Below, in pieces: positions 62,601-64,000 of a DNA stretch of 64,000 nucleotides; within the stretch, counting starts at the first letter, position 1, and each line of letters opens with the position of its first letter. Under the pieces are notes generated by a model that saw nothing but the letters and a program-made list of their open reading frames with translations, was not told the DNA's origin and did no database searches. The stretch comes from a virus, in the IMG/VR virus record IMGVR_UViG_3300031951_000022, positions 32,001 to 96,000 of that record. One strand, written 5' to 3'. The translations under genes and the position numbers were made by a program.

Positions 62601-64000
62601 TTGACCATGTTTGGTCAAAAGGTTACCAAGCTAGATGTTGGTATACCTCGCACTGGTAGTGGCACAGCTAGAGCCGGCGGGTCTAGTGCTGGCAGAAGAA
62701 ATTTCGACAATCAAGGAGCCGGTGTTCCGCAAAACAGAGACATTGGCACCGCTGGATTATTGGCTTTGACTGCTGGAGGCGCCGCGGTTGAAGGTTTATC
62801 TAGTGGTATTGGTGGCTCAACCGGAGAAGTTATTAGTGCTGTAGGTAACGACGTTTTAAATTATTCTGCTATTGGAGCAACTATAGGATCTATGGTTCCC
62901 GTGGTGGGAACGGCAGCAGGAGCGGCAGCAGGAGCATTAGTTGGTTTAACTACAGGCTTATTTAAGTCTACAAAAGCAGTAAATGAATTCAATCTAGAGC
63001 TTGCTACAAATAAAAAGAACGCAGCCGCAGACGCATCAGATGCTAGTATTGCAAAGTTTGCTAAAACCGGATCACAATTAGACAAGGGTAATGCTTTATT
63101 GGACTTTAGTAAAACGATGAAAGCCGAACAAGAATTGGCTACCCAAAAGGGTGGTCTTAGAAAGATGACCACACAAGAGAACGTACAAGTGCAACAAAGA
63201 GGTGCTGAGCAAGCTATAGCTATACTTTCAGCAGAAATGTTGAATACGGGCCAAACGCTGGAACAAGTACAAAAGGCTATGGATCCAGCTTTGTTTGATA
63301 GTTTAAGTATAGAAATAGCCGAAGCTCAGTATGATTATATTGAAGCACAAAAAAGAATCAATCAAGAGTTTCAAGACGCAGAAGGAAACGAAGCTAAACA
63401 AAGAGATATTAAAAAACAAGGACTAATAGAACTTAAAAAAATTAGAGATAAAAATGTACAACTGCTCTTAGCAACTGCCGACGCAGAAGTTAAAACTAGA
63501 GAGAATGCTAAAAAACAAGCTGAAGTTAGAAAAGTAGTTGAATCTTTATTAGATAAATATCGTAAGATATCTGCAAGCCTTGAAAGATTTGGAGATGAGA
63601 TAGAAGCTATCAAGGAAAGCGCAGCTAACTCAGTTAAAGGTTTTCAGGGACAAGCAGAATTCAATAATGTTGACAGATCTAATGAGAAGACTCTTGGTAA
63701 TCTTAGTGCATATTCTATGGCAGAGGTTGCAAAGGTTGCCAACCAAGTTGGTAATTTAGCTGGAGGTCAAACAGGACAAGAATTAAGCAATAATATACAG
63801 TCAGCAAAAGTAGCTCAAGATATTTTGCCTGGAATTTTACGAAATACTATGGCAAAAGATTCTCAAGGGGTTGTGGATGAGTTAAAAGCGGCTTTTGCTA
63901 AGGAAAAGATTCCGTTCCCTGACTTTTTAGCTAAAGATATTACCTCTGTATTAGGAGATGAAAGTGTTAGCCGTCAAGGAAAAAGCTTTAGTGAACTAGC
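59628..64000 (+). CDS. tail tape measure protein (TP901-like core), truncated by the window end
   Basis: ATG at 59628 (MAQGFNLTAEINLRGP); LAQAG and TIATGLRTVFTRI motifs; in-frame GG.V.G.G..DTVPAMLTPGEF repeats near 61200 and 62290; absent from the ORF track because no stop is reached. Confidence 0.88.
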   Translation, partial: MAQGFNLTAEINLRGPSNIRTVVADIRRQLGSIDVNINPRLDQNAARNITSLNNSLTRLNSTLSATRTSATDAARAIRDLTQAANGLGNRSIQQNINNAAAACQNLGRSAGGAGGDIGGASTRIEEFGRQSALAVRRFAAFSLVTGTIYALTGAISRGIDAFIDFDKEFVRLQQVTGESAKGLKGLANAITSLSTSLGVNSAELTTVAVTLAQAGLSATDTKRALDALAKSSLAPSFDDINETVEGSIALMRQFGIGANDLEKALGSINAVSAKFAVEASDIITAIQRTGGVFATASRGVSEGTDALNEFIAVFTSVRQTTRESAETIATGLRTVFTRIQRGQTIDALKEFGIELTDLEDKFVGPFEAIRRLSEGLSTLDPRDVRFSQIVEELGGFRQIGKVIPLIQQFAVAQQALKTAQTGQDSLAADAATAQLSLANQIAKVREEFTALIRSIGESESFRSFVSLALQLASALIQVADAAKGVLPALTAIAAIRGASFLTQFVTGFGGGIGGGRGGRGPRRFATGGLVPGSGNRDTVPAMLTPGEFVIRKKAVEQIGTDNLLNMNKGGRVISPAATESKMPQLFMERGGDVSNEIRQQLDTGRKSQGFSGQTAAKGLGKITSLSEQIALSPDLNDVYGGAFLSPEGSVRDLKGSLDKNIISSIVKGTDAYKVLSRASAQTPEGKLVLGELKNIEKAAQAKGDFSLVAESLAKSKSEKIENTILGKVYDAVEDGSKELSSATRISTGGASEATRILKQSNIDNVIGNIYEAIISNAGSPYNEKDRDSSNEAFDFPSGLGSVASNFGSGRLAKIITDAKTRFTSGNISSFLNKVKNFESKKLSKEVEAILDRPDILSGFSTRELADKRASSARSEVKRLVDTRIQRRASGGSISGEDTVPAMLTPGEFIINKKAAKRIGSSSLHNLNRADRIGYNKGGAVGHIQHFASGGGVQKFFAGGAVAGVRMLFTSMPRIIQGFQRLSTSVQTSSKGLTMFGQKVTKLDVGIPRTGSGTARAGGSSAGRRNFDNQGAGVPQNRDIGTAGLLALTAGGAAVEGLSSGIGGSTGEVISAVGNDVLNYSAIGATIGSMVPVVGTAAGAAAGALVGLTTGLFKSTKAVNEFNLELATNKKNAAADASDASIAKFAKTGSQLDKGNALLDFSKTMKAEQELATQKGGLRKMTTQENVQVQQRGAEQAIAILSAEMLNTGQTLEQVQKAMDPALFDSLSIEIAEAQYDYIEAQKRINQEFQDAEGNEAKQRDIKKQGLIELKKIRDKNVQLLLATADAEVKTRENAKKQAEVRKVVESLLDKYRKISASLERFGDEIEAIKESAANSVKGFQGQAEFNNVDRSNEKTLGNLSAYSMAEVAKVANQVGNLAGGQTGQELSNNIQSAKVAQDILPGILRNTMAKDSQGVVDELKAAFAKEKIPFPDFLAKDITSVLGDESVSRQGKSFSEL

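Noticed and set aside
59936-63613. Minus-strand ORFs in the last 4 kb
   Set aside because: Shadows of the plus-strand tape measure gene starting at 59628.
1-64000. Stop-codon reassignment
   Set aside because: Long genes are intact in the standard code, TAA/TAG/TGA all end genes, and no suppressor tRNA was found.

Overview
The window is part of a large AT-rich tailed dsDNA phage genome, probably siphovirus-like. The host is inferred to be a Planctomycete, from a planctomycete-type N-terminal motif on a phage subtilase. Bases 1-19,300 hold dense minus-strand small ORFs, including an RNA ligase, HAD enzymes, an ASCH protein and several paralog families. Bases 19,300-34,600 form a minus-strand early/host-takeover region split into cassettes by 11 same-orientation copies of an 81-82 bp element: two 29 bp palindromes around a 23-24 bp GC-rich spacer. 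Most cassettes carry nested sigma70-type and sigma28-type promoters. This region also holds 9 tRNA genes (including the rare Ile-UAU and Ser-ACU), two aberrant tRNA-like RNAs and a ~600 nt candidate structured ncRNA. Its proteins include a kinase-like protein, an L7/L12-CTD protein and acidic DNA-mimic candidates. From 36,400 to the window end, the plus strand carries a sigma-like factor, ERCC4 nuclease, terminase, portal, protease/scaffold, capsid, fibre, neck and tail genes, and a tape-measure gene that runs off the window. A recurrent RGTGTA motif is a candidate late promoter. All calls come from reading motifs by eye; no database searches were run.
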